A DNA stretch of 64,000 nucleotides from Antechinus flavipes. Taxonomy: Eukaryota. Positions within the stretch are counted from its first letter, which is position 1, and each line of letters opens with the position of its first letter. Under the pieces are notes generated by a model. That model did not search any database. It had not been told where the DNA came from and saw nothing but the letters and a program-made list of their open reading frames with translations. The position numbers were made by a program, and so were the translations under genes. The stretch covers positions 190,092,001 through 190,156,000 of the forward strand of contig NC_067401.1 of NCBI RefSeq assembly GCF_016432865.1, written 5' to 3'. Positions 44,603 to 56,486 of the stretch are shown one piece after another.

Positions 44603-44959
44603 AAGATGGGGGAGAGAAAGAGAAGGGAACACCGCCCCAGGAACGCTGTGATTGGCTGACACATGCGGAAAAGAATAGGTCCTTGGGAGAATAAATAAAT
44701 ACTGAGCATTGCAGCTGCTTCTGACAACCTGCGAATTGGAGTAACTGCGCCACTGAAACTTCCGAAATTTCTCGGAACATAGAGGCTCCGAAACCTTCGC
44801 GAGTCAGCCATAATTGAAGCCTTCTGGAAAATCCCGAGTAAAGGCGTATTTTTCCCAAGGCGCTTGCGCTCCCGCAAGAGGAACCTGTTCCGTGAGGATT
44901 GTACTTGCAGTTTCCTGGACTGAGCTTCCAGAATCAGAATTCTGGAGACATTTTCCAAG

Positions 44960-46891
44960 ATGTCATCTGCCAAAGGTACCGCCATCGGCATCGATCTGGG
45001 CACCACCTACTCCTGCGTGGGAGTGTTCCAGCATGGCAAGGTGGAGATCATTGCCAATGACCAGGGCAACCGAACCACCCCCAGCTATGTGGCCTTCACA
45101 GACACAGAGAGACTCATTGGAGATGCAGCCAAAAACCAGGTGGCCATGAATCCTCAGAACACAGTCTTTGATGCCAAAAGGCTGATTGGTCGCAAATTTG
45201 GAGATTCCGTGGTACAATCCGATATGAAGCACTGGCCCTTCCAGGTGATAAATGATGGAGGTAAGCCTAAAGTTCAAGTGTCCTACAAAGGTGAAAACAA
45301 GGCCTTCTATCCTGAGGAGATCTCCTCCATGGTGTTGACCAAAATGAAGGAGACTGCGGAGGCCTACTTGGGTCATGCAGTCACCAATGCAGTCATCACT
45401 GTCCCAGCCTATTTCAATGACTCTCAACGCCAGGCCACCAAGGATGCTGGAGTGATTGCTGGCCTGAATGTGCTGAGAATCATCAATGAACCTACAGCAG
45501 CTGCCATTGCTTATGGACTAGATAAAGCTAGTCAGGGAGAGCGACATGTACTGATCTTTGATCTGGGTGGGGGCACTTTTGATGTCTCCATTCTTACCAT
45601 TGATGATGGGATTTTTGAGGTGAAAGCCACTGCAGGAGACACCCACCTGGGTGGGGAGGACTTTGATAATCGACTAGTAAATCACTTTGTTGAGGAATTC
45701 AAGAGAAAACATAAGAAAGATATTAGCCAGAACAAGCGGGCTGTGAGAAGACTTCGAACAGCCTGTGAAAGGGCTAAGAGAACCCTGTCTTCCAGCACCC
45801 AAGCCAATCTTGAAATTGACTCCTTATTTGAAGGCATTGACTTTTACACTTCTGTCACCAGGGCAAGGTTTGAAGAGCTGTGCTCAGATCTGTTCCGGGG
45901 TACCCTGGAGCCTGTAGAGAAAGCCCTGCGAGATGCCAAGATGGACAAAGCCAAAATCAATGACGTTGTCCTTGTGGGTGGCTCCACCCGAATCCCCAAA
46001 GTACAGAAACTACTGCAGGATTTCTTCAATGGCAGAGACCTGAACAAGAGCATCAACCCTGATGAGGCTGTAGCCTATGGAGCAGCAGTGCAGGCAGCCA
46101 TTCTGATGGGTGATAAATCAGAGAAAGTGCAGGACCTGTTGCTGTTGGATGTGGCTCCCCTTTCCCTGGGGCTGGAGACAGCAGGAGGTGTGATGACAGC
46201 ACTGATCAAACGCAACTCCACCATCCCCACCAAACAGACCCAGATCTTTACCACCTATTCTGACAACCAGCCGGGTGTACTGATCCAGGTATATGAGGGA
46301 GAACGGGCCATGACCAAGGACAACAACCTTCTGGGTCGTTTTGACCTGAGTGGCATTCCCCCTGCCCCCCGTGGTGTCCCCCAGATTGAGGTAACCTTTG
46401 ATATAGATGCCAATGGAATTCTGAATGTCACAGCTATGGATAAGAGCACAGGCAAAGCCAACAAGATCACCATCACTAATGATAAAGGTCGCCTGAGCAA
46501 GGAAGAAATTGAGCGAATGGTGCGTGATGCAGAAAAATATAAATCAGAAGATGAGGCCCAGAGGGAGAAAGTTGCTGCTAAAAATGCTCTGGAATCTTAT
46601 GCCTTCAACATGAAAAGTGCAGTGGAAGATGAAGGTCTGAAAGGAAAGATTAGTGAGGAAGACAAGAGAAAAGTGCTGGAGAAATGCCAAGAGGCTATCT
46701 CTTGGCTTGATGCCAACCAGCTGGCTGAAAAAGAAGAGTTTGAGCATAAGAGAAAGGAATTAGAGCAGGTGTGTAACCCTATTATTACTGGTCTTTACCA
46801 GGGAGCTGGTGGTCCTCCTGGGGAAAGTTATGGGGCTCAGGCCCAGCATTCAAGCTCTGGAACAGGCCCCACTATTGAAGAGGTGGATTAA
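44960..46891 (+). CDS. HSPA1A: stress-inducible Hsp70 (HSPA1A/B type), 643 aa, intronless
   Basis: A-type tail ([35 protein letters not shown]); HSE promoter; HSPA1A position. A versus B naming rests on position only. Confidence 0.9.
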   Translation: MSSAKGTAIGIDLGTTYSCVGVFQHGKVEIIANDQGNRTTPSYVAFTDTERLIGDAAKNQVAMNPQNTVFDAKRLIGRKFGDSVVQSDMKHWPFQVINDGGKPKVQVSYKGENKAFYPEEISSMVLTKMKETAEAYLGHAVTNAVITVPAYFNDSQRQATKDAGVIAGLNVLRIINEPTAAAIAYGLDKASQGERHVLIFDLGGGTFDVSILTIDDGIFEVKATAGDTHLGGEDFDNRLVNHFVEEFKRKHKKDISQNKRAVRRLRTACERAKRTLSSSTQANLEIDSLFEGIDFYTSVTRARFEELCSDLFRGTLEPVEKALRDAKMDKAKINDVVLVGGSTRIPKVQKLLQDFFNGRDLNKSINPDEAVAYGAAVQAAILMGDKSEKVQDLLLLDVAPLSLGLETAGGVMTALIKRNSTIPTKQTQIFTTYSDNQPGVLIQVYEGERAMTKDNNLLGRFDLSGIPPAPRGVPQIEVTFDIDANGILNVTAMDKSTGKANKITITNDKGRLSKEEIERMVRDAEKYKSEDEAQREKVAAKNALESYAFNMKSAVEDEGLKGKISEEDKRKVLEKCQEAISWLDANQLAEKEEFEHKRKELEQVCNPIITGLYQGAGGPPGESYGAQAQHSSSGTGPTIEEVD

Positions 46892-47156
46892 TTGTATTTT
46901 CTTCCACCACTTGACTATGTTACACTTTGAGCTTCTGGGAATTTGGGTGATCTTTCCTTCCATATTATGATTTTGCTCCTTTAAATTCCCTATCATGCTT
47001 ATATAATAATTGTGAGATATTATAGACCTCTGCCCTTTTAATGTTTCATTTTTATTTTTTTCCCTCAGCTTGGGAGTGAATATTGTTATGTACTTGTTCA
47101 TAACTCATTTATTTTTACTTTTATTTTCAGTAGTAAATGACTTAGAAAATAGGAAA

Positions 47157-47162
47157 AATAAA
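47157..47162 (+). terminator. HSPA1A: HSPA1A polyadenylation signal AATAAA
   Basis: 265 nt after the stop codon, following a U-rich 3' UTR. Confidence 0.7.
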
Positions 47163-48849
47163 CTATCAAAATGAATCATTAGTGTCCTTTTTTTTGGGGG
47201 GGGGTGGTCTACTTTTGCCTAAATAGTAATTTCTTTTGATTAAAGGTTTGGATGAAATAGAAATGGGATTATGTAAAAACATGATTTTCATTAAAGAGAG
47301 AAAAACATGATTTTTCTGAGGGAAGGGTATAATGAATTTGGTGAGTGGAAGGTGCCTGGTTTGTGGGTGGGTTAGAGAGATAAATCAGGGTTTGGAAGAA
47401 GGAGGGAGCTAAGGGAAAGACCTTTGAATTCTGAGAAGGAAATAGGATCTTTGTTGATAAAAGATTTTGGGTTTAAAAAAAGGGGGGCAAGAGTGTTTTT
47501 AAATCTGTTCACTGAATGATTACAATGTACAGAGCCCTAGGATTTCAAAGGTGAGGCCCCTTTCCTTACTTGGTCCTGTATCTTAGTTTTCCTTCAATAG
47601 AGGTATTCTAAGAAATAGTAGGTTGAGGATATAGGTAAACATTGTAGTTGGAAATAACCTTTAAGATTGGAGAGAGTATGGGGATAGGGCTTAAGGGTAT
47701 GAGCAGTGGATTCATGAGAATAACTGTTGAACTGAGGGGTTGAAGGTAAGGGAAGTATAAAAATGGCCTTCAGTCACTGAGAAAAACTAAGAATTCAAGG
47801 GAAGGTAATACGCTACCAACATGGGACCCAGAACCACAGGAACACAGGCAAAAAATTCCTCTCAACTTACCCCATCCCTGGTATCGTATTTCCTAGCAAG
47901 TGATTAAGTTCTGTCAAAATACGCAGAAAGGAAGATGGTATTAAGTTCCTAAAGAACAAAAACTGCATTGTAGATTTAGAGCTTGCAAGGGAACTTAAAA
48001 GCTAGTTTATTCAATTGCATGCCTATTACACAGAAGAGCTAGGATTTCAACTCCCATTCTTTTACTTTGCACCACAATCTCTTTTGTTAAACTATAAGAA
48101 TCCAGGATACGATCCTGGAGAGAGGAACTACATTTATCATGGGATGATAAGAAGTATCTCTATGAAGTTTCTAGCTGAAAAGACAGAATTAGGCATATTA
48201 TTATTTGGGAAACTGGGATAGAAATTGTTAATTGTCTGAGTAGGAATGATTCTTAAATTGGGAAATGGGGAGCTGAAGCTTCCACTGTACCTATAGCTAA
48301 GATACCAACCAGGTGATAATGAGGGGAAAACACAATCCTTATTATAAGCTAGTTAGTCCAGATCAAGTTGAGGACTGTGTATATCAAGGCCTTCATAATT
48401 TTCGATTCCCATCTTACTTTACAGGAAAAATCTGAGCATTCCTGTGGGGGGAAAAATGTATGTTTTTGGTTGCATTCCTAGTGTGTGTCCTTATGTCTAT
48501 GTTGATATGTTGTCCCTGCTTGTTACTAGTGGTTATTTTTCCTCAATTCCTTAGTATGTAGATGTTTATTTCCAGGGTCAAGTTCATTTAAAACTTTAAA
48601 ATCCTGTAATTCAAAAAAGTTTTTAAAAAATCTTTTTTTCTGGACATAGAATTATTTAATTAAATAATACATGGAGTACTGAATATTATATTTCAATGTC
48701 ATTACTAATTCATATAAAATATCTATAGATAGTATGGACTTCTGTACTAAGTACCATGGAGGAATGGACCAAAAAAAAAAAAAAAAAAAAGAGACATTCT
48801 CTGTTCAGGCAGTTAACGAAGTATAGGGCTTAGACAATGTTTTTGTTTT

Positions 48850-49675
48850 ATTTATTTTTAAATAAATTATGTTATCTTGTTTTGCAGCTTGAGAACAAAG
48901 ATATTTGTCATCTAAAAGTTGGCCACTAGGTCATAATATTGCCATGGTAACCTATAAAGTTATTTCACACAAAACATTTATAAACTCAAGATTAAAATTA
49001 AAATTGCCAAAGTTTTCATTAAAAAGTACAATAGCTATGGGTCTACAATGTTTTAAAAGTGGAGTGCTACCTCATTAACTGTAGTGGCAAAAAGGTGAGG
49101 ATGGGCAAGTCCTGTTGGATATGCCAGCTCAAAAAAATATGCCCAAATATTATTCCAATTAGAGAGAAATTTGATTTAAAAAGCATTTTAAAAAAAATTA
49201 GTCCTTTTAAAACAAAAGTAGTTCTTACAGATGTTGAGCCAATCAAAACATTAGCATTTAGGAGAAAGTTATTAGTAAATCTTTTTCCTCACATATGTTG
49301 TTAAACACGATTATTAAGTTCCTGGGCCAGCCAATTTAACTCAACATATTGATGAACTGTAATATTATATAATCTAACCACTATATAGGATTTCTGTGGG
49401 GAAATAAGTGGAATGTTGGATTATACCTAAAAATTAATACTTTACAGCCACCATTATAAAAAGGGGTTTTCTCTAGCCTCACCAACCAAGTCAGTTGGTA
49501 AGGAGATTCCAAACTTAATCACCAGTAACTGAATGTGTAGGTCATGAAATTATGATTTATTATCAGTAAATGTTTGGTTTGTATACCTATTATATATATA
49601 CTTATATACTATAAGGGTCACATAAAGATTTCTTGAAAAGGGTTCTCAAGTAGAAAAAGTTTAAGAAGCCCTGCT
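48850..49675. mobile_element. probable hAT/Charlie DNA transposon remnant (left end uncertain)
   Basis: Right end gaaaaagtttaagaagccctg resembles Charlie termini; AT-rich degenerate interior. Confidence 0.35.
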
Positions 49676-50859
49676 TTAAGCCATTGATTGACTCCTGGAA
49701 ATTACAGTTATAATGGGGGAGGGAAGGAGCAGAAACTGTTATTTTAGTCAGGTGCAAGGGCTTCAATGAACCCAAGGGACAGGGCCTAGAAAGGGAATGA
49801 AGAATGATGCTCTAATAATGAGATAGAATTGGTGATGGTTTTGTACTGGAAGAATAGCAAAATCATAAGATCATAGAAGTAGAACTTCAGGAATACTCTG
49901 GAACAGCTTTGTTGCAGAGGACAGGAGAATTCCTGTGGGCCAAATACTGAAGGGTTATGGAACATGGTGTAATGGAAAAGTACAGGAATGAGGCAAAAGA
50001 CGGAAGTCCTGGTCCTAACTCCACTAGTAGTTTGCTATGTGACCTTAGACAGCCTCTTTATTCTATAAAATGAAGGTTAGGTTATATGATTTTAAGGTCC
50101 CATTGTTCTCTGACATTTTTTAATTCAGAATGCTCATATGCCAAACCCACCTAGAGGCCTTCCTGGATATACACTGATAAACCTGAATTGTCATTCTGAA
50201 GCATCACATTTGTGAACTTTCAAAATTTTCATATTGCCTCTATTATGAGACCCTGCCTGATCATCTCTAAGGAATGATGTTTCCTTCCTTAGAACTTTGA
50301 AAATATTTTGCTTGTGCTCTTTTTACTATGTATAGATAATGGTCTGTTTTGCAATGTAGTTATTGATGTGGTATTGGAAAGCACAAAATTAAGAGAATTC
50401 AATTCAAATCCCAGCTCTGCTATTTACTAGCTTTGACTCTGGGAAAATCACTTAACTTATGATTCATCTTTTATAGTACCTCCCTCAAAGTGTTTTCATG
50501 AACAAAGGGATTTATAGAAGGGAATGATGTACATAGTGTGGGTTATTATGTGTGTGAAATACCATGCTCCATTTTGATACAACCCAGGACCATTGTTTCA
50601 GCTATTATATATCTCGAGGACCAAGTTGTCAAAGGTGCAGGCTCTGTGTGGGTTGATAAAGAGAGATATAGTAGGATTGTTCCGCAGCAGTGAAGGCCCC
50701 AGTTGAGTTATTAAGTTGAGTTATTAGGTTAAGGTAGCAATTCCTAGGTTATGCTTCCAACATTCCAATTTCTAAGCTTAACTTAGATCTACTTGACAGG
50801 TTCTAAGTCCCAAGTCCTTTTGTACTAACATAAATAGGATTTATTTGTCTGAATTCTTT

Positions 50860-52500
50860 CAATCAAAAAACATTTTAAGTGCTAAGGTAGTGCTAAGTGC
50901 TGGGATTACAAAAAAGGAACTAGTGCATAAACAAATGGGGGAGACAACATGCAAATAAACATATACAAAGCATGCTACATACATGATAATTAGGAAATAG
51001 TTAATAGAAGGAAGGCATTAGGATTAAGATGTATTGGGAAAGTCTTTCTGTAGGAGATGGGACTTTACTTGCAACTTAAAGTAAGCCAGAGAGGTCACTA
51101 GTCAGAGAGGAGAAGGAGAGCAATCCAGTTAGAAAAAAAATGCCTGCAACATAGAGATGGAGTGTCTTGTTTCTAGAACAGTCAGAAGACCAGTGTACAT
51201 CTTCCTATGGTAATAAGAAAGGGGTGTGTGTGTGTGTGTGTGTATGTGTGTGTGTGGAGAGCAGGTAAAGGGTTGGGGGAGGAAAGGATACTGAGTTTAG
51301 TTTTGGATATATTGAATTTAAAATGGCTATGGGACATCCAGTTTGGGATGTCTGAAAATGATGCGGCTAATGTAGACAACAGATGATGGCAGGCACCAAA
51401 TGTTGGGGTTTGGTCATGTGAAAAATTCACAATGGCTGTTCTCTCTGACAAAAGGTAGAAGAGAAGTTACAAACATGACTATCAGATAACCCGTTGATCA
51501 GTAATAACCAAGTTCCTGAAACAATAGTAACAGATCATCCCTCAGACCTATCTCTAAACCATAAAATTAGCAAATAAGTAACATGAAGGTCTGGTCTCTC
51601 TAACTTTGTCCTATAAGTGTATCTTCTTTCTCTTGGTTCTTTGTTAGTAATTTTGGAATTTAGCCTGCTTCAATTGGTATTACAATTACAATGAACTTTT
51701 CCCCTTGATTTGGAGATGAGTTTAAACCTGCAAATTCTTTAGAGATACCTCCTGACACCTGTCTGTGATTCCAACCCTTTTGAACCTCAATTTAAGGATT
51801 GAGAAAAGGCCATTATATTCAGAAACTAAGAAAGCTTTTGGAGAGTAATCTCAGAGATTCAGTATCCATTTCAGGTCAGAAGCCAGATTATAAGGGTTAA
51901 GATGAGAATGAGAGAAGAGAAAATAGAGGCACCTATTATAGGTAACTTTTTAAAGAAGTTTAACTTTAAAGAAAAGATGATGGAAAGGAGAAAAGGAGTT
52001 GAAGTATCAAGTGAAGTATTTTTTCAGGATGGGGAGAAGCAAATATATACACAATAGGAAATGAGTCAGTAGACAGAAAAAGATTGGAGATAAATGATGA
52101 AGTGGGGATGATAGAGGAAGCAATCTGTTGGAAGAGACAGGATAGAATGGGATCACTGAACAAATAGATTAGAGGCTTGGTAAGAAGTAAGGCCACTTCA
52201 TAAGATAGAGGTGAGAGAGGAGAGAGTAGAAGGCATTTAAGTGATAGAAGTTAGGAAGAGGGGAAAAGAGGGAGTTCATGGAAAATAGTCTTTTTTTCCC
52301 TGTAAAAAATGAGGCAAGATTCTACACTGAAACAGTGGGGAAAGGGGGAAATCATGGGAGGTTTAAGATGAAATGAAAAAATTTGAAAGAACTGCTGTGG
52401 AAAGTGGAATAGTGGGTTGATAAAAAGAGCTATAGTAGGATTGTTCCACAGCAGTGAAGGCCCCGTTGAGGTTATGATGAGGTTAAGGTAGCAATTCCTA
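50860..52500 (-). mobile_element. LINE-2 remnants interrupted by LTR pieces
   Basis: L2-like 3' end at about 50860 (caatcaaaaaacattttaagtgct) and purine-rich L2-like body. Confidence 0.5.
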
Positions 52501-52654
52501 GTTCAAAATAAACATGTAACAAATTCACAATGGCCATTCTTTTTGCCAAAAGGTAGGTTTATTTAGGGGAAGAAGTTACAGACAAAATAAGAGGTAAAAT
52601 AGGCACCAGTGTGGCAATTATGAAATAGAGTTGGGAGAGCAATGGGCCAGAACT

Positions 52655-53019
52655 TGAAACAAGGTATTAAGTGGAATTGAGGAGACCATAGTTAAATCTA
52701 GTTTAGCATCGATTTAATCCTGCAACAAATAATGGTTTCCTAGTGATATAATGATTGGTGTATACTCAGTGTAGAACATATAAACTAGGAGCCTCAGCCA
52801 GGATTCATTGGGCAGAGAAGGAGGCAGGAGCTCAAGCTCTCAGAAGCAAGGAGAGAGGTCTCTAAGAATGCTAACGGGGCCCCAGAAAAGGAGACAAGAC
52901 TTTGAAGGAGACAGTAAAGTCTTTGGACTTTAACCCCTGGCTGCACTTGTGGTGATTACCGAACTGAAACGAAGGCTGCCTCCAGAGACCCCAAGAAAAC
53001 CTAACCAAAGAGAACATTA
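52655..53019 (+). mobile_element. solo LTR (5' end approximate)
   Basis: CCAAT-type attgg, catataaa TATA, ends cattaca. Confidence 0.5.
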
Positions 53020-53874
53020 CACAATGGTGTCATCAAGGAAAGGAATTTGGAGAAATCCATTAAAGGAATATGCCATGAGGCCTGAGCATGCCATTGACTG
53101 GCAGGTTTCATTCATAGAGGAGTTTAGCAGACTAACTAGAGTTAGCTAGAGTAAGGAGAAAGATGACATTAAAGGGAAGACACTAAGAGGGAGAGAAAAA
53201 GAGTGCCTCCTAGTTGATTTAGTCCTGGAGAGAATTTAGCAAAAATCTTCAGCATGAGCAGATCTTCTATAGGGGAAATATAGCCTTGAGCATTTCTCAA
53301 GGAAACCAGGGAAGTAAAAGCAGAAGCTCAGAAGGAGAGATCAAGGAGCCATATGGAATGCTAATGAATATCTCAAAGGTTCTTTAAAGATGCATAGTAA
53401 TTGGGGGATAGACAAGGGAGAAAGAATTCCATCTGCCAATCACTCTATACAAACAGGATATAGTCTGGGAATTGGTTACGCCTGAAAATAGTTGGCTAAG
53501 CTGCTACCTGACAAGGATAGATAGTAAGTCCATATCAGAATAACATAATGGAGAGAAGAGGAGAGAATAAGGGGGATGACTGAGAGAATTTAGGAATTAA
53601 GGGATCTTTCAGCTTCCAACCTTTTAGTGACATCACTACTCTAAGGTATGCAGTCATCTAAAGTATTCAATATGAAAAATTTTAGCAGTGATTACAATTT
53701 AGGGAGGCAGTAGGGACTATCTAGTACAGTGGTGTCTAAATCAAATAGAAAGTGGGAGGAGGACTAGACCATACAGAAAGGATATCTGTGGGTTGCATAA
53801 TGATTTAGAAAACCATATTTTAACATTATCTATGTTCTATTGTATTTTTGTTTATTTTGTTAAATATTTCCTGG

Positions 53875-56486
53875 TGTGTGGGACAGGTGCTAGACCCCAT
53901 TCCCCAAATTAACCAACCAGAAACATCTTTAGGTACAAAGAGAAAGCATTTATTTAGTCCTTGCAGGGAGAGGCCCAGCACACCCAGTAGGGATCTTAGT
54001 TCCCAAAGTGTGCTTCTCAACCTGACAAGCAGAACACCCAGTTAAATAGTAAAAGATCCAAGCCTTTTCACTGGATAGATGAAAAGAATGTAACTAACCG
54101 TCATTGACTAATAGTCACCAATGTTGCCTGATTCCAGCCACTGATTTAGGGTCTGACAAGGTTTGCAAGCAGGATACAGAAGCTGAGAATGCAATTAGCC
54201 TAATATTTTGTCACAGTTGTTATCTTTACTTCACAGAGAGAGCAGGAAGAGAAGAGTTAACTTGCTATTTACAGCTTTGCGGATTGTGGCTCAGGCCCTG
54301 TCAGAAAAGGGAGGAGGACCATTCTTGGATAAATAGGGACTATAGTGAGGGCATAATTTAGGTTTTTAGGCAGGAGGCAAGATAACATATTCTATTCCCA
54401 GGGTAGTTTTGGATAAGTGTTAACCTCCCACTCCGAGGGTACCGATTGCCAGGGCCATACATACCAATTTTCCCCAGATAGACATGGAGACAAGACTGAT
54501 GTTAAGGTACCAAATACTAAGGTGATTTTAGGTTGGCCAAATAGTTGGTATTTCTGAAATCCAGTGGCCTTCCCCATCAGGACCTGTAAGACATCAATAT
54601 GCCAGCCTTCTCCAAAGGATTAAGGTTGGACCTTGCCAATGTCCTTCCTCGGCCTTTCAAAGGACCTTAAAAAGCCCTGTTTTATCCACATCCACCGGGC
54701 TGGCTCTCTAACTTATATACTACAGCTGTGTCACCGGGCATGATGACGGGCAAACTTATCCCTGACCCATTATACATTCCTGCCTTCCTGTCTCTCAAAG
54801 AGGTTGTTGAACCTTCCCTTGCTGGGTCTGGCAATCCTCATTGTAACCACTCCCTCAGAGATTACTGATTGTCAGCATGCCTAATCCCAGGCTTTTGTTT
54901 GAATCCTCCCACTGCCTCATCAAGCAGTGGTTCTTGTTCAGCAGGGCATCCGGACACAGGAGTTTGTGAGCTCAAGTTTGAAAGATACTGGAGCCAACAT
55001 TCTCACATCCTTTTATCATCTCCTCAAGGCTTGTGTCCTCATCTGAGGAGGACATGGCTTTTTGGCAGTGGAACTTAGTGTTCTGATTTCTGCATACGAA
55101 GACCAGCTGCTTCTCCTTTACATACTAATCTCTCAACAGCCACCTGTAGGTGAGCCACGAAATCAGGGAAAGGTTATACTGCTGGAGGTTAGGAGAGCCA
55201 GCAGCTCTTTAACTTATGGAGATTTAACCCTGTAACTGTTAACTGCCTCTTTCAATTTCTTACATTTCTTCCACTCTAATAGGGCCCATGTTCTTTCCTG
55301 GGAGCTATCAAATAGCCAAGTCCTTGCTTCCTGGTTACCTTTGTTGCCTTCTTGCCTTCTGTAACATATCCTAATTCTGACTGTAAATCTACTTCCTGCT
55401 TCTTTCCCCACAGCCTCTTCCTGTGATGTCACATCTACTTTTGGCTTGCTTTATCAGTCTTGGGGTCTCGTTTCCCTTCCCATGATGGGACCAGCTGAAC
55501 TCATGAGGTCCCTAACCAATTCCATCCCTATATGAAGACGAACCCATCCTGGGGTCTCATTTTCTTTCCCATGATTGGACCAGCCGAACTCATGAGGTCT
55601 CTAGTCCCGTCCCTGTTCTTCAGGTGCCATTTGTCTATCCGGGAAAGATTAGTATGTATGGCCCTGACAATCAGTAGCCTCTGAGTGGGAGGTTACAGAC
55701 AAGGATGGAGTCAGAGTGGTGGGCACCTGGATATTTTTTTTTTTCTCTCTCCTTCATTGTGTCACAATGCTATGTAAAACTCAATTTCCAGTCCTAATGG
55801 CAAAGAAGGGGAGGGGTGACTATGACCCCGACGTATCCGGTGCCCAACATTAAAACAAAACAAAACAAAAGCTGCACAAAACTTGGTGCTTTTTTTTTTT
55901 TTTTTGCCAGTATTCCATTGAAATTCCAATCTCCTTCTCAATTACACATTGAAGAAATACCAGATTGTGGGAGAGCAGTTCGAAATGTCAAGAATTCACC
56001 ACAGGTGTTATCATAGTCTGAAATGATATCCTTTATTGACAAGAAAAGGCTCAGGGGCAAAATTAAAAATGATTTTTAAAATGGACTGTGAGAGAAGTGG
56101 GCTTTTTAAGATTGGAGGTGTGTGGGATGAAGTGCTAGACTTCCTTTCCCAAACTGATCACTCAGAAGCATCTTCAGATACAAACAGAAAGCATGTATTC
56201 AGTCCTTGCAAGGAGAGGTCCGAACACACCAACTGAACAGCCCAGCATAGTGTGTGTGTGGCCCTGGGCTGGAAATAGGGAAAGGATTAAATAGCAAAAA
56301 AAAGCAAACAAACAAACAAAAGAAAAATGGGGGCACAACCCCTGTTCCTATTGATTTTTTAAAAATTCATTGGATGGATTAAAAAGGAAATAACCATTGA
56401 CCAATGGTCGGCTATACTGTCTACTTCCTGTTGGTCATGTGACATCTGGAAGCTTAGACCTCGGATTTGACCTTTTCTGTCTTACA
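53875..56486 (-). mobile_element. degraded betaretrovirus-like (ERVK-class) remnant with two related LTR segments
   Basis: Minus strand about 54950-55200 reads PFPDFVAHLQVAVERL..CQKAM..DTSLEEMIKGCENVGS, a Gag capsid C-terminal pattern; 53875-53985 and 56118-56230 are related LTR ends. Confidence 0.7.

Larger units (their letters stand above)
41708..46614. repeat. inverted repeat: arms 41708-43362 and 44960-46614 (1655 bp each), spacer 1597 bp
   Basis: Line-by-line comparison found two mismatches: 43353/44969 (codon 4, Thr/Ala) and 41956/46366 (synonymous GCT/GCC). Confidence 0.95.

Noticed and set aside
41822-46500. Antisense and alternate-frame ORFs over the Hsp70 genes (e.g. 42895-43359, 44963-45427, 44566-45006, 44814-45149)
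   Set aside because: Shadow frames of the real CDS, duplicated because the arms are identical; most lack a true ATG and have no independent support.
50648-52501. ~100-nt direct repeat at 50648-50748 and 52412-52501
   Set aside because: Best explained as two copies of the same L2-like segment; no TSD or unique content.
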